NCBI GenBank assembly: GCA_900556785.1
Contig: USQK01000001.1
Coordinates: 2,415-66,414 of the forward strand
Length of the DNA: 64,000 bases
DNA from: an uncultured Veillonella sp.
Lineage (GTDB): Bacteria > Bacillota > Negativicutes > Veillonellales > Veillonellaceae
Reading direction: 5' to 3'
In this document: positions 41,264 through 52,147 of the stretch, in pieces
Position numbering within the stretch: position 1 is the stretch's first letter
Layout of the letters: every line of letters starts with the position of its first letter
The notes under the pieces: model-generated
Databases searched by the model: none
Seen by the model: the letters and a program-made list of their open reading frames with translations, nothing else
What the model was told of the DNA's origin: nothing
Program-made: the position numbers and the translations under genes

Positions 41264-44200
41264 ATGAGAAAAATTAAATCCGTATTGGTTGCCAACCGTG
41301 GAGAAATTGCGATCCGCGTGTTCCGTGCATGTAATGAAATGGGAATTAAGACTGTAGCCATTTACTCTAAAGAGGATACATTATCCTTGCACCGTAACCA
41401 AGCCGATGAAGCCTATCTCGTAGGGGAAGGTAAAAAACCAGTTGACGCATATCTTGATATTGAAGATATCATCCGTATTGCAAAAGAACATGACATCGAT
41501 GCTATCCATCCAGGTTATGGCTTCTTATCTGAAAATGAAGGCTTTGCTCGTCGTTGTGAAGAAGAAGGAATTATCTTTATTGGGCCTAAAATCAAGCATT
41601 TGAATATGTTTGGTGATAAAGTAAATGCTCGTGAGCAAGCTAAATTAGCAAAAATTCCGATGATCCCAGGTTCTGATGGGGCTTTAAAAGATTATGCTCA
41701 ACTAGAAGAATTTGCTGATACACATGGTTTTCCATTGATGATTAAAGCCGTTAATGGCGGCGGCGGTCGTGGTATGCGTGAAGTTCATCATAAAGAAGAT
41801 CTTCGAGATGCATATGATCGTGCTAAATCTGAAGCGAAAGCTGCGTTTGGCGATGATGATGTATATGTAGAAAAACTTATCGTAGAGCCTAAACATATTG
41901 AAGTTCAAATCTTAGGTGATGAACATGGCAATGTAGTTCATTTGCATGAACGTGATTGCTCTGTTCAACGTCGTCACCAAAAAGTAGTTGAAATGGCGCC
42001 AGCCTTTGCGTTATCATTAGAAACTCGTAAAGCTGTATGTGATGCTGCCGTTAAAATCATGAAAAATGTTGGCTACGTGAATGCAGGTACTGTAGAATTT
42101 TTGGTAACTGCTGATGGTAGCTTCTACTTTATCGAAGTTAATCCACGTATTCAAGTAGAGCATACTGTAACAGAAATGATTACAGATATTGACATTGTTC
42201 ATGCTCAAATTAGAATCGCTGAAGGCTTTAGTTTACATAGCCCTGAAGTAGGTATTCCTGAGCAGGATAAAATTCCTTGTAAAGGCACTGCTATCCAATG
42301 TCGTATTACCACAGAAGATCCTAAAAACAACTTTATGCCTGATACCGGTAAAATCTTAGCGTACCGTAGCTCTGGTGGTTTTGGTATCCGTCTTGATTCT
42401 GGTAATGCTTTTACAGGTGCCGTTGTAACACCTTACTATGACTCCTTGCTTGTGAAAGCGACAGCATTTGGTCCTAACAACGAAGAAACTATTCGTAAAA
42501 TGCTTCGTTGCTTAAAAGAGTTCCGTATTCGCGGTGTAAAAACAAATATTCACTTCTTGATTAATGTATTGGAACATCCTGAATTCCAAAGTGGTTCTTA
42601 CAATGTAAACTTCATTGAAGAACATCCTGAATTATTCGAATTGAAACCAGATCGTGACCGTGGTACTAAATTATTACGTTACATTGCTGATGTTACTATT
42701 AATGGCTATTCTGGTGCAGGGGCTCAAGAGGTTCCTGACTTTGAACCGATTCAAATGCCATCTACTTTGGATGTAAGTCCAGCATCTGGTACAAAACAAA
42801 AATTTGATGAACTTGGACCAGATAAATTCAGTAAATGGTTATCGGAACAAAAACAAGTATTCTTCACTGATACCACTTGGCGTGATGCCCATCAATCCTT
42901 GTTTGCTACACGTCTTCGTACAATCGATATGGCTCGCGTAGCTGGTCATGCTGCAAAAGGTGTACCTAACTTATTCTCCTTAGAATGTTGGGGGGGTGCT
43001 ACTTTTGACGTATCATACCGATTCTTACATGAAGATCCGTGGGAGCGTTTGCGCATGTTCCGTCGTGAAGTGCCAAATACATTGCTTCAAATGCTTCTTC
43101 GTGGTGCAAATGCCGTAGGTTACACATCGTATCCAGACAACGTAGTTCGTCAATTCATTCAACGGGCTGCTGCTAATGGTATTGATGTATTCCGCGTATT
43201 TGATAGCTTGAATAGTCTTGATAATATGCATGTTGCTATCGATGAAGTGCGTGCACAAAATAAAATAGCTGAAGTTGCATTGTGCTATACTGGCGATATC
43301 CTTGATGGTGCTCGTACAAAATACAACTTGGTCTATTATGTAAATATGGCAAAAGAGCTTGAAAAAGCTGGTGCCAATATTATTGCCATTAAAGATATGG
43401 CCGGCCTTTTAAAACCACAAGCTTCTTATAACTTGGTATCTGCCTTGAAAGATGCTGTCTCTGTTCCAATTCACTTGCATACTCATGAAGGCTCCGGTAA
43501 CTCTATCTATACATATGGCCGCGCTGTAGATGCTGGTGTTGATGTAATCGACTTAGCATACTCAGCATTTGCTAATGGTACTTCTCAACCTAGCATGAAT
43601 TCCATGTACTATGCATTGTCTGGTCATGAACGTCAACCAGAAATGAACATTGATTACATGGAAGAAATGTCTCATTATTTTGGTAGTATCAGACCATATT
43701 ACAAAGGTGTAGATAAAGCAGAAGCATATCCTAATACTGAAGTATATCAACATGAAATGCCAGGTGGACAATACTCTAACTTGCAACAACAAGCTAAAAT
43801 GGTAGGGCTTGGTGATCGTTGGACAGATATTAAGAAAATGTACCACCAAGTAAACATGATGTTTGGTGATATCATTAAAGTTACACCATCCTCTAAAGTG
43901 GTAGGGGATATGACATTGTACATGGTACAAAACAACTTAACTGAAAAAGATATCTACGAAAAAGGCGATGTATTGGATTTCCCTCAATCCGTAGTTGAAT
44001 TCTTTGAAGGACGTCTTGGTACTCCATATCAAGGCTTCCCTGAAAAATTACAAAAAATCATCTTGAAAGGTGCTCGCCCAATCACAGTTCGCCCTGGTGC
44101 TGTATTACCTCCAACAGATTTTGAACATATTCGTCATGAATTAAGCGAAATGGGAGCCCAAACAACTGATGAAGATATTAGTGCATATTGCTTGTATCCT

Positions 44201-44710
44201 AAGGTTTACCAAGATTACAATAAATTTGTAAAAGACTTTGGTGATGTATCTGTATTAGATACTCCAACATTCTTCTTTGGTATGAAACGGGGCGAAGAAA
44301 TTCAAGTAACCATTGAAAAAGGTAAAACACTGATTATCAAGATGAATGGTTTCTCTGAACCTGATGAAGATGGTAATCGCATCGTATTGTTCGAGTTTAA
44401 TGGTCAACCTCGTAGCATTAAGGTTCATGATAAACATGCTAAGACAACTGGTGTTGTTCGTCGCAAAGCGGATGAATCTAACCCTGGTGAAATTGGTGCT
44501 ACATTGTCTGGTTCCGTTGTTAAGATCCTTATTAAGAATGGTCAATCTGTAACTAAAGGTGAACCATTGATCGTTACAGAAGCAATGAAAATGGAAACAA
44601 CAATTACAGCTCCTATCGACGGTATCGTAGAAGAAATCCTTGTACGTGAAGGTAGCCGTATCGAATCTGGTGACTGCTTGCTTCGTATTGAAGATGCTTT
44701 AAAACGATAA
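41264..44710 (+). CDS. pyc: Pyruvate carboxylase
   Basis: Biotin carboxylase (ANRGEIA, RDCSVQRRHQK), carboxyltransferase (RDAHQSL, WGGATFD), biotin site EAMKME; AGGAGG RBS before ATG 41264. Confidence 0.97.
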   Translation: MRKIKSVLVANRGEIAIRVFRACNEMGIKTVAIYSKEDTLSLHRNQADEAYLVGEGKKPVDAYLDIEDIIRIAKEHDIDAIHPGYGFLSENEGFARRCEEEGIIFIGPKIKHLNMFGDKVNAREQAKLAKIPMIPGSDGALKDYAQLEEFADTHGFPLMIKAVNGGGGRGMREVHHKEDLRDAYDRAKSEAKAAFGDDDVYVEKLIVEPKHIEVQILGDEHGNVVHLHERDCSVQRRHQKVVEMAPAFALSLETRKAVCDAAVKIMKNVGYVNAGTVEFLVTADGSFYFIEVNPRIQVEHTVTEMITDIDIVHAQIRIAEGFSLHSPEVGIPEQDKIPCKGTAIQCRITTEDPKNNFMPDTGKILAYRSSGGFGIRLDSGNAFTGAVVTPYYDSLLVKATAFGPNNEETIRKMLRCLKEFRIRGVKTNIHFLINVLEHPEFQSGSYNVNFIEEHPELFELKPDRDRGTKLLRYIADVTINGYSGAGAQEVPDFEPIQMPSTLDVSPASGTKQKFDELGPDKFSKWLSEQKQVFFTDTTWRDAHQSLFATRLRTIDMARVAGHAAKGVPNLFSLECWGGATFDVSYRFLHEDPWERLRMFRREVPNTLLQMLLRGANAVGYTSYPDNVVRQFIQRAAANGIDVFRVFDSLNSLDNMHVAIDEVRAQNKIAEVALCYTGDILDGARTKYNLVYYVNMAKELEKAGANIIAIKDMAGLLKPQASYNLVSALKDAVSVPIHLHTHEGSGNSIYTYGRAVDAGVDVIDLAYSAFANGTSQPSMNSMYYALSGHERQPEMNIDYMEEMSHYFGSIRPYYKGVDKAEAYPNTEVYQHEMPGGQYSNLQQQAKMVGLGDRWTDIKKMYHQVNMMFGDIIKVTPSSKVVGDMTLYMVQNNLTEKDIYEKGDVLDFPQSVVEFFEGRLGTPYQGFPEKLQKIILKGARPITVRPGAVLPPTDFEHIRHELSEMGAQTTDEDISAYCLYPKVYQDYNKFVKDFGDVSVLDTPTFFFGMKRGEEIQVTIEKGKTLIIKMNGFSEPDEDGNRIVLFEFNGQPRSIKVHDKHAKTTGVVRRKADESNPGEIGATLSGSVVKILIKNGQSVTKGEPLIVTEAMKMETTITAPIDGIVEEILVREGSRIESGDCLLRIEDALKR

Positions 44711-44782
44711 GCTAACAATCATTTAAAATTTAAAATATTATTTCTCAAATATTTCATAAAATGAAAAATTGAAGAATAATGG

Positions 44783-44812
44783 AAGAATCCCTAGGAAATC
44801 CTAGGGATTCTT
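44783..44812 (+). terminator. Intrinsic terminator
   Basis: AAGAATCCCTAGG-AAAT-CCTAGGGATTCTT. Confidence 0.8.
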
Positions 44813-44908
44813 TGTATTTTCAAGGGTTTCATGGTACTATATAATATAGAGAAAATGGGCGTATTATGCGTTATTTTAGAATGATTAGTAGAAAAGGAGT
44901 AGTAACAG

Positions 44909-45400
44909 ATGAGATGTCCTTATTGCCAACACACAGACACGAAGGTAACAGACTCTAGAACGACTGATGAAGGTAATAGTATTCGCCGTCGCCGTGAATG
45001 TATCAATTGTGGCCGTCGCTTTACTACCTATGAAATTATAGAAGAAGTACCACTTATGGTATTGAAGAAAAATGGACGACGTGAATTATTTGACCGCGGT
45101 AAGCTACTGAATGGGTTATTGCGCTCTTGTGATAAGCGTACAGTTCCTATGTCTGTGATGGAGCAAGTAGTTAATGATGTAGAGCGTGATATTCGGAATG
45201 AAATTAACCAAGAGGTTACAACTGATCGCATTGGTGAGCTCGTGTTACAACAACTGAAAGACATAGATCAAGTTGCATATGTTCGTTTTGCTAGTGTATA
45301 TCGTAAGTTTGATAATATTGATAGCTTTATGGAAGAGTTAAAAGCTCTGAAGAAGTTAGACGCTAAAAAGCCGAAACGCAAACCTGTCGTAGAAGAATAA
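44909..45400 (+). CDS. nrdR: Transcriptional repressor NrdR
   Basis: MRCPYC, DSR, RRRRECINC, RFTTYE, VAYVRFASVY. Confidence 0.97.
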   Translation: MRCPYCQHTDTKVTDSRTTDEGNSIRRRRECINCGRRFTTYEIIEEVPLMVLKKNGRRELFDRGKLLNGLLRSCDKRTVPMSVMEQVVNDVERDIRNEINQEVTTDRIGELVLQQLKDIDQVAYVRFASVYRKFDNIDSFMEELKALKKLDAKKPKRKPVVEE

Positions 45401-45460
45401 TTGATTCTGTATTACTGATTGGTTATACATGGTTTTGAAATTAGCAATGTGTGAGGCTTT

Positions 45461-46387
45461 ATGATAGATTTACATTGTGATACGATGATGCAATTGCTAG
45501 ATCATCCTGATAGTGGTGATTTATATCGCAATACTTGGAAAATAGATATAGAAAAATTACAAAAGGCTCATAGCAAGATACAAGACTTTGCACTCTTTAT
45601 TAATATGGGTGAGACGAATGACCCTTATGGCCGCTATGAAGAGATGCGTAATTTGTGTGTATCACAAATTCATCACTATGGAGAGCACATACAACATGTG
45701 CTCTCTTATCAAGATGTAGAGTCTGTATATGAGACTGGTAAGATTGGAGCTCTCATGTCTATTGAAGAGGGCGGCGTACTAGGTGGTGATTTAGATAAAC
45801 TTAAACAAGCTTATCAAGATGGGGTTCGACTTATTACGCTTACCTGGAATTACCCAAATGGACTGGGTGAGCCACATTGTGGTGAGCAGCATAAAAAATT
45901 AACATCAAAAGGCGTTGAATTTGTAGAGGCTATGCAAGATTTAGGGATAATCGTTGATTGTTCTCATCTAAATGATGCTGGTACTGAGCAACTAGGAGAT
46001 ATTTTAGATGTACCATTTGTAGCATCACACTCCAATGCACGTGAAGTTACAGCCCATACTAGAAATCTACCAGATAATTTGATTAAGCTTATTGCTAATA
46101 AGGGTGGTGTTATAGGCCTTAACTTTGCCCAATCTTTTTTAGGCACATCACCGATAAGTCGAATTGAAGATATCGTAAAGCATGGCTTATATCTCATCAA
46201 TAAAGGCGGGGAGGATGTTGTGGCATTAGGAACCGATTTTGATGGTATTAAGCCGGATACAGAAATTAAAGACACTTCTGAAATGTATCGATTATACGAT
46301 GCATTTAAAGAAGCTGGTTTATCTGAGGAACAATGTGAAAAATTATTCTGGAAAAATGCAGATAGACTGTTAAAGGAGATTTTATAA
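45461..46387 (+). CDS. M19 membrane dipeptidase family protein
   Basis: DLHCDT, SIEEG, DCSH, ASHSNAR, LGTDFDG. Confidence 0.9.
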   Translation: MIDLHCDTMMQLLDHPDSGDLYRNTWKIDIEKLQKAHSKIQDFALFINMGETNDPYGRYEEMRNLCVSQIHHYGEHIQHVLSYQDVESVYETGKIGALMSIEEGGVLGGDLDKLKQAYQDGVRLITLTWNYPNGLGEPHCGEQHKKLTSKGVEFVEAMQDLGIIVDCSHLNDAGTEQLGDILDVPFVASHSNAREVTAHTRNLPDNLIKLIANKGGVIGLNFAQSFLGTSPISRIEDIVKHGLYLINKGGEDVVALGTDFDGIKPDTEIKDTSEMYRLYDAFKEAGLSEEQCEKLFWKNADRLLKEIL

Positions 46388-46956
46388 TGACTGATTTAAA
46401 TCCAATCATTGCAGATCGTTTTACCGAGCATTTGGAAGTCTTTGGCAAGACAATGGAGCATATGGATACCATTCAAGAGATTGCATATCGCTGTAAGGCG
46501 GCTTTAGAGAATGGCAATAAAATTTTGTTCTGTGGGAATGGTGGTTCTGCTGCTGATTCCCAACATTTAGCAGCTGAATTGATTTGTCGCTTTAAAAAGG
46601 AACGACGCTCTCTTGCAGGTATTGCATTGACTACTGATACATCTGCATTAACAGCTATTGCAAATGATTATGATTTTGAATCTGTTTTTGCACGTCAAGT
46701 AGAGGGTTTAGGCCGTACAGGTGACGTTCTCATTGGGATTTCTACATCTGGGAACTCCAAGAATGTTGTAAAAGCCGCAGAAATGGCCCGTTCTATTGGC
46801 ATGCACACCATAGCTTTCACAGGTGAAGGCGGTGGAAAACTAGCTGAATTATGTGATATTACATTAGCTATTCCAAGCAATGTGACAGCTCGTATTCAAG
46901 AAATGCACATTCTGGCAGGTCATATAATGTGCGAAATCATTGAAGAAGATTATTAA
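46387..46956 (+). CDS. gmhA: Phosphoheptose isomerase
   Basis: CGNGGSAADSQH, ISTSGNS, RIQEMH. Confidence 0.95.
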   Translation: MTDLNPIIADRFTEHLEVFGKTMEHMDTIQEIAYRCKAALENGNKILFCGNGGSAADSQHLAAELICRFKKERRSLAGIALTTDTSALTAIANDYDFESVFARQVEGLGRTGDVLIGISTSGNSKNVVKAAEMARSIGMHTIAFTGEGGGKLAELCDITLAIPSNVTARIQEMHILAGHIMCEIIEEDY

Positions 46957-47052
46957 CCGTTACGGTCATATTTATAAATAGATACATGTTTAAAACCCAG
47001 TTTTTTAGATAACTCGTTATACATGTATATTGTGGTAAGGAATAGGTGGATT

Positions 47053-48531
47053 ATGATAAATGCTACCATTAATCAATTTTTGACAAAACAACTACCCAAT
47101 CTAAAGATTGCCGTTATAGGTGATGTGATGGTAGATCGTTATGTTTTTGGTGATGTAAGTCGTATTTCTCCGGAAGCACCGGTTCCTGTAAACCGCGTGG
47201 CAAAGATGAAAGAAGTGCTTGGTGGCGCTGGTAATGTTGCGTCAAACTTATCAAATTTAGATTGCACAGTATATCTTGGTGCTATTGCTGGTAATGATGA
47301 CCATGGTCGTTTATTACAACAATTGCTAAAGGCTGATAAGATTGATACAACAGGTTTATTAACGAGTGATGATCGTTCTACCATTACTAAAATGCGTATC
47401 TTAGGGGATCGCCAACAGATGATGCGCCTTGATTTTGAAACGATTACAGATTTAACAAGTGAGGAAGAGGAACGACTGTCTGCTTGGCTAGAAAATCTAT
47501 GTAAGACTGGTATCGATGGTATTGTTGTATCTGACTATGGCAAAGGCGTTTGTACACCAACATTGCTTAAAAAAATCTTTAGTTTAGCTAAGGCGTATGG
47601 CGTACAAACCATTGTTGATCCTAAAGGTTCAGACTGGTCTAAATATAATGGTGCAACCTGCATTACACCGAATGTAAAAGAACTAGGTGAATGTGTAGGT
47701 CATAAGTTAGCTAATGATGATGCCACCATCGTAGAGGCAGCTAAGTCAGTACTGGCTAATGTTGATTTAGAATATATTGTAGCTACACGGTCAGCAAAAG
47801 GGATTACTGTTATTGCAAAGGATGGACGCACATGGCATAATCCGGCTACACAACAAGAGGTATTCGATGTAAGTGGTGCAGGTGATACGGTTGTATCTAT
47901 GATGATGACATGCCTTGCTAGCGGTCTATCTATGCGTTTGGCATTACATATCGCAAATGGTGCTGCTGGCATTGTCGTATCTAAGGTGGGCACATATCCA
48001 ATCCACCGATCTGAACTATTGGATTTATGGCATTCTTATAAGCATAGTGTTCAATCTAAACCTTTATATACAAAAGAAGAGATGAAGCAACTTATTGCAC
48101 AATGGCAAAACAAAGGTGAAACTGTTGTGTTTACTAATGGTTGTTTTGATATTCTTCATCGCGGACATATTACGTATTTACAAGAGGCGGCTCAGTTAGG
48201 CGACCATCTAATTATTGGATTAAATTCCGATGATTCTGTTAGACGCCTAAAAGGGGAAACGCGTCCCATCGTACGTGAAGAGGATAGAGCAGCATTATTA
48301 AGTGCATTGCGTTGTATCGATGGTGTGGTGTTATTCGAAGAGGATACACCAGCTGAACTATTAGCTTATTTACGTCCTAATACGCTTGTTAAGGGCGGCG
48401 ATTATAAGATAGAAGACATTATTGGACGTGAGTCCGTAGATCATGTAGAGGTGCTTTCATTTAAAGAAGGTTATTCTACATCAGATATTGTAGGGAAAAT
48501 AGCTACTATGGCTAAGGAGGGTAAATTATGA
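47053..48531 (+). CDS. hldE: Bifunctional heptose-7-P kinase / heptose-1-P adenylyltransferase
   Basis: RISPEAPVP, SDYGKG, DVSGAGDT, FTNGCFDILHRGH, KGGDY. Confidence 0.95.
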   Translation: MINATINQFLTKQLPNLKIAVIGDVMVDRYVFGDVSRISPEAPVPVNRVAKMKEVLGGAGNVASNLSNLDCTVYLGAIAGNDDHGRLLQQLLKADKIDTTGLLTSDDRSTITKMRILGDRQQMMRLDFETITDLTSEEEERLSAWLENLCKTGIDGIVVSDYGKGVCTPTLLKKIFSLAKAYGVQTIVDPKGSDWSKYNGATCITPNVKELGECVGHKLANDDATIVEAAKSVLANVDLEYIVATRSAKGITVIAKDGRTWHNPATQQEVFDVSGAGDTVVSMMMTCLASGLSMRLALHIANGAAGIVVSKVGTYPIHRSELLDLWHSYKHSVQSKPLYTKEEMKQLIAQWQNKGETVVFTNGCFDILHRGHITYLQEAAQLGDHLIIGLNSDDSVRRLKGETRPIVREEDRAALLSALRCIDGVVLFEEDTPAELLAYLRPNTLVKGGDYKIEDIIGRESVDHVEVLSFKEGYSTSDIVGKIATMAKEGKL

Positions 48532-49493
48532 TTATCGTAACAGGCGGTGCTGGTTTTATTGGCAGTAATATTGTGAAAGCGTTAAATGACCGCGGTCGTA
48601 CAGATATTCTTATTGTTGATGACCTTACAGATGGTCGTAAAATCCGAAATATTCAAAATCTAGAATTCTTAGATTATATCGATTGTGAAGATTTTGATTG
48701 TGCTATTGCTGATGGTACATTTAATGTAGGTCCTATTGAAGTAGTATTCCATGAAGGTGCTTGTGCTGACACAATGGAATATAACGGCAAATATATGATG
48801 AAGAACAACTATGAAGGTTCTAAAAATCTATTCCATTATTGCCAAGACCGTCGTATTCCATTCATCTATGCATCCTCTGCATCTACTTATGGCAATGGTA
48901 CTAATGGTTTCGTAGAAAAACCAGAAGCCGAAGAAGCTCTAAATCCATATGCGTATTCTAAATTGTTATTCGACCGTTATGTGCGTAAATATGAAGGTGA
49001 GTATACAGCGCAAGTTGTAGGCTTACGTTACTTCAATGTATATGGCCCTAATGAAGCTCATAAAGATAAAATGGCTTCCTTAGTTCGCCAAATGTTCTAC
49101 AAAAATAAAGAAACTGGTATTATCAATCTATTTGAAGGTACAGATGGCTATGAAGATGGTGGTCAAACACGTGACTTTATCTATGTTAAAGACGTAGTTA
49201 ATGTAAACTTCTATTTCTGGGAACACCCTGAAATTTCTGGTACTTTCAACTGTGGTACAGGTAATGCTCATAGCTTTAACCAATTTATGCAAGCTGTTAT
49301 CGACTATAATGGCAAAGGCAAAATTGAATACATTCCGTTCCCAGAGGTATTAAAAGGCAAATATCAAAGCTTTACAGAGGCTGATACGACTAAATTATTG
49401 GCTGCTGGTTATGATAAAGGGTTCCATAAAATGGAAGATGCTGTTAAAGAATATTGTGAACTACTCGATAATAACGAAGGATATTTACGTTAA
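48528..49493 (+). CDS. hldD: ADP-L-glycero-D-manno-heptose 6-epimerase
   Basis: TGGAGFIGSN, YASSA, YAYSK, RYFNVYG, KYQSFTEAD. Confidence 0.95.
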   Translation: MIIVTGGAGFIGSNIVKALNDRGRTDILIVDDLTDGRKIRNIQNLEFLDYIDCEDFDCAIADGTFNVGPIEVVFHEGACADTMEYNGKYMMKNNYEGSKNLFHYCQDRRIPFIYASSASTYGNGTNGFVEKPEAEEALNPYAYSKLLFDRYVRKYEGEYTAQVVGLRYFNVYGPNEAHKDKMASLVRQMFYKNKETGIINLFEGTDGYEDGGQTRDFIYVKDVVNVNFYFWEHPEISGTFNCGTGNAHSFNQFMQAVIDYNGKGKIEYIPFPEVLKGKYQSFTEADTTKLLAAGYDKGFHKMEDAVKEYCELLDNNEGYLR

Positions 49494-49987
49494 TGCGCAA
49501 GGTATTATTTTTAGATCGCGATGGTGTTATCAATAAAGATGTTAGCTATTTATATAAAATCAGCGATTTAGAATGGGTGGATGGAGCTAAAGAAGCACTA
49601 GCTTATGCGTATAGTAAAGGGTATGACCTCATTGTAGTGACAAATCAAAGTGGTGTAGCTAGAGGTTATTATAAGGAATCTGATGTTCAGATTTTACATG
49701 ATCACATGGCTCATGAACTAGATCGTAGTGGGGCACCAATTTTACATTTTTATTATTGCCCTCACCATAAAGAAGGCTCTGTACCTATTTATGCCGTCGA
49801 TTGTGAATGTAGAAAGCCAAAGCCTGGTATGATTAATCAAGCTATTAAGGATTATGATGTAGACCCTAAAAGTAGTTTCCTTATTGGCGATAGTCAGCGC
49901 GATGTTGATGCAGCAGAAGCGGCTGGTGTAAAAGGCTATCTATTTACAGGTACAAATTTGTTAGATTTTATTAAGACCATTATTTAG
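49493..49987 (+). CDS. gmhB: D,D-heptose 1,7-bisphosphate phosphatase
   Basis: LDRDGVIN, TNQSG, CPHH, CECRKPKPGM. Confidence 0.92.
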   Translation: MRKVLFLDRDGVINKDVSYLYKISDLEWVDGAKEALAYAYSKGYDLIVVTNQSGVARGYYKESDVQILHDHMAHELDRSGAPILHFYYCPHHKEGSVPIYAVDCECRKPKPGMINQAIKDYDVDPKSSFLIGDSQRDVDAAEAAGVKGYLFTGTNLLDFIKTII

Positions 49988-50083
49988 TTAATTATTACCA
50001 TTACTTTGTTTTACTTTTAACTTATGTCTGTTTTAAGGTGAGATAACGTTGTTTAGGTGTGGTGTTATACTTTGGGAGGCTAT

Positions 50084-51103
50084 ATGAAAGATTACAAGAA
50101 TATACTCATCATTAAGATGAGTTCTTTAGGTGATGTAATTCATGCATTGCCTACCTTGTATGCAGTGCGTAAAAATTGGCCTAATGCGCATATCACATGG
50201 GCTATTCATGAACAATTTGAGAGCCTCCTGCCAGGTAAACCATGGGTAGATGATGTCATCATTATCGACAAGAAACAACTTAAAAAGCCTGCTTATTTAT
50301 GGCAGTTACGTAAGGATTTACATAGCCGTCATTTTGATATGACTTTAGACCTTCAATGTATTGCAAAGAGCGCCATTGTATCATTATTATCTGGTGCGCC
50401 TGAAAAATATGGCTACTGGGAGCTTCGTGAAGGCAGTAATTTAGTTAATAAAGCACTTGTTGGTGAACATAAATACGATCATGTTATTGAACGATACCTC
50501 GATACTGTACGTGCTCTTGGAGGCGATGTAGAAGGCGTAGAGTTTCCTATGCCTGCATATGTGGAGGCGGAGAAGTCCGTTAAGCATAAGTTACAATCTC
50601 ATGGTGTAGAAGATGAATATGTAGTAGTTGTACCAGGTGCTCGTTGGATTGTTAAGGAGTGGCCACTTCTTAACTTTGGCGAGCTATGTATCCACTTATG
50701 TGAATCTGGTAAAAAAGTTGTTATTGCTGGTGCTCCAGATGATGCAGAAAAAGGAGCTTTCATAGAAAACTATGTAAAAAATAAGAATCTCATCAACCTA
50801 GTGGGATCTACATCCATGCCAGAGCTAATTGAGTTGATTCGGCACTGTGAAATTTTCATCAGTGCTGATACGGGTCCTTTGCATATTGCTAATGCTCTAA
50901 AGCGGCCTTTGATTGCATTATTTGGAACCACATCTCCAAAGCGAACTGGTCCATATGGAGGGAGTCATGTACATCTTATTATTTCACCTACATCAAAGGC
51001 TACACCTGAACAGCCATTAGTAGATGATCCTGATTGTATGGCTCAAATTCCTGTAGATGCTGTGTGGTCTGTATATGAGCAAGTAATTGGAAAGGAACTA
51101 TAA
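50084..51103 (+). CDS. GT9 heptosyltransferase (WaaC-like)
   Basis: KMSSLGDVIH, ADTGPLH, LFGTT; in the heptose operon. Confidence 0.88.
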   Translation: MKDYKNILIIKMSSLGDVIHALPTLYAVRKNWPNAHITWAIHEQFESLLPGKPWVDDVIIIDKKQLKKPAYLWQLRKDLHSRHFDMTLDLQCIAKSAIVSLLSGAPEKYGYWELREGSNLVNKALVGEHKYDHVIERYLDTVRALGGDVEGVEFPMPAYVEAEKSVKHKLQSHGVEDEYVVVVPGARWIVKEWPLLNFGELCIHLCESGKKVVIAGAPDDAEKGAFIENYVKNKNLINLVGSTSMPELIELIRHCEIFISADTGPLHIANALKRPLIALFGTTSPKRTGPYGGSHVHLIISPTSKATPEQPLVDDPDCMAQIPVDAVWSVYEQVIGKEL

Positions 51104-52143
51104 TGGAACTTGATTATAAACGCATTGTGGTCACCTTTCTCATGCACTTAGGTGATGTTATTTTAACGACTCCATTCCTAGAGGTGCTACGTAAAGCTGC
51201 TCCACATAGCCATATTACATATGTAATAGATGAGAAATTACAACAAGTAATGCAGTATAATCCGAATATTGATGAACTTATCGTTGTAGATAAAAAAGGG
51301 CGTCATAATAGTATTTCTGGGCTTAATGAGATAGCTCGTGAGATTAATAAAAAGGGGAAACCTGATATTGTTATCAATTTACATCCCAATGAACGCACAT
51401 CTTATTTAGCCTGGAAAATACATGCCCCTATTACAACGGGTATGAGCCATTTCTTATTTAGACCGTTTATGACAAAGTATACCCGTCTAGATCGTAAAAC
51501 TCGTCATGCTGCAGATATGTACATCAATGTACTAGAACAATTAGGTGTAACGGATATTTCTAACTCTGGTTTACATATTGAAACTTGTGAGGCATGGCGC
51601 CGTGAGGCTCAGGAATTCTATGCTAGTCATGGTTTAACAGATGGTGATACGCTCATAGGTTTTAATATTGGTAGTGCAGTTCCTGAGAAGCGTTGGCCTG
51701 CTGAACGATTTGCCCATGTAGCCGATCATTTTGGTCATTTAGGGTATAAGACGGTATTCTTTGGCGGCCCTATGGATCTTGAAATGGTGAAACCTGTAGT
51801 AGAACAAATGGAAACGAAACCGATTGTGGCTACTGGAAAATTCCAGTTAGGTCCTTTAGCTGCAGCCATGAGCCGCTGTAATCTATTGATTACAAATGAC
51901 TCTGGTCCTATGCATGTAGGAATCAGCCAAAAGGTGCCAATTGTGGCGCTTTACGGTCCATCAAATCCATTCTTTTATGGTCCATATCAAGCTCATGCTA
52001 TCGTTCTGGAAACGATGGATTCATACGAGATTGGTAAAAGCATGAAAAAAATTATTAAAGAAGGAAATTATAAAGGTTTGTCCGTAATTTCTGAAGAACA
52101 GGTCATTAAAGCAGTGGAAACGTTGCTTTCAGAATCGAAATAA
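51103..52143 (+). CDS. GT9 heptosyltransferase (WaaF/WaaQ-like)
   Basis: HLGDVILTTP, KRWP, NDSGPMH, LYGPS. Confidence 0.88.
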   Translation: MELDYKRIVVTFLMHLGDVILTTPFLEVLRKAAPHSHITYVIDEKLQQVMQYNPNIDELIVVDKKGRHNSISGLNEIAREINKKGKPDIVINLHPNERTSYLAWKIHAPITTGMSHFLFRPFMTKYTRLDRKTRHAADMYINVLEQLGVTDISNSGLHIETCEAWRREAQEFYASHGLTDGDTLIGFNIGSAVPEKRWPAERFAHVADHFGHLGYKTVFFGGPMDLEMVKPVVEQMETKPIVATGKFQLGPLAAAMSRCNLLITNDSGPMHVGISQKVPIVALYGPSNPFFYGPYQAHAIVLETMDSYEIGKSMKKIIKEGNYKGLSVISEEQVIKAVETLLSESK

Positions 52144-52147
52144 ACAT

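Noticed and set aside
44737..44780. AT-rich imperfect inverted repeat after pyc as an sRNA
   Set aside because: Low-complexity AT pairing next to a normal terminator; no other support.
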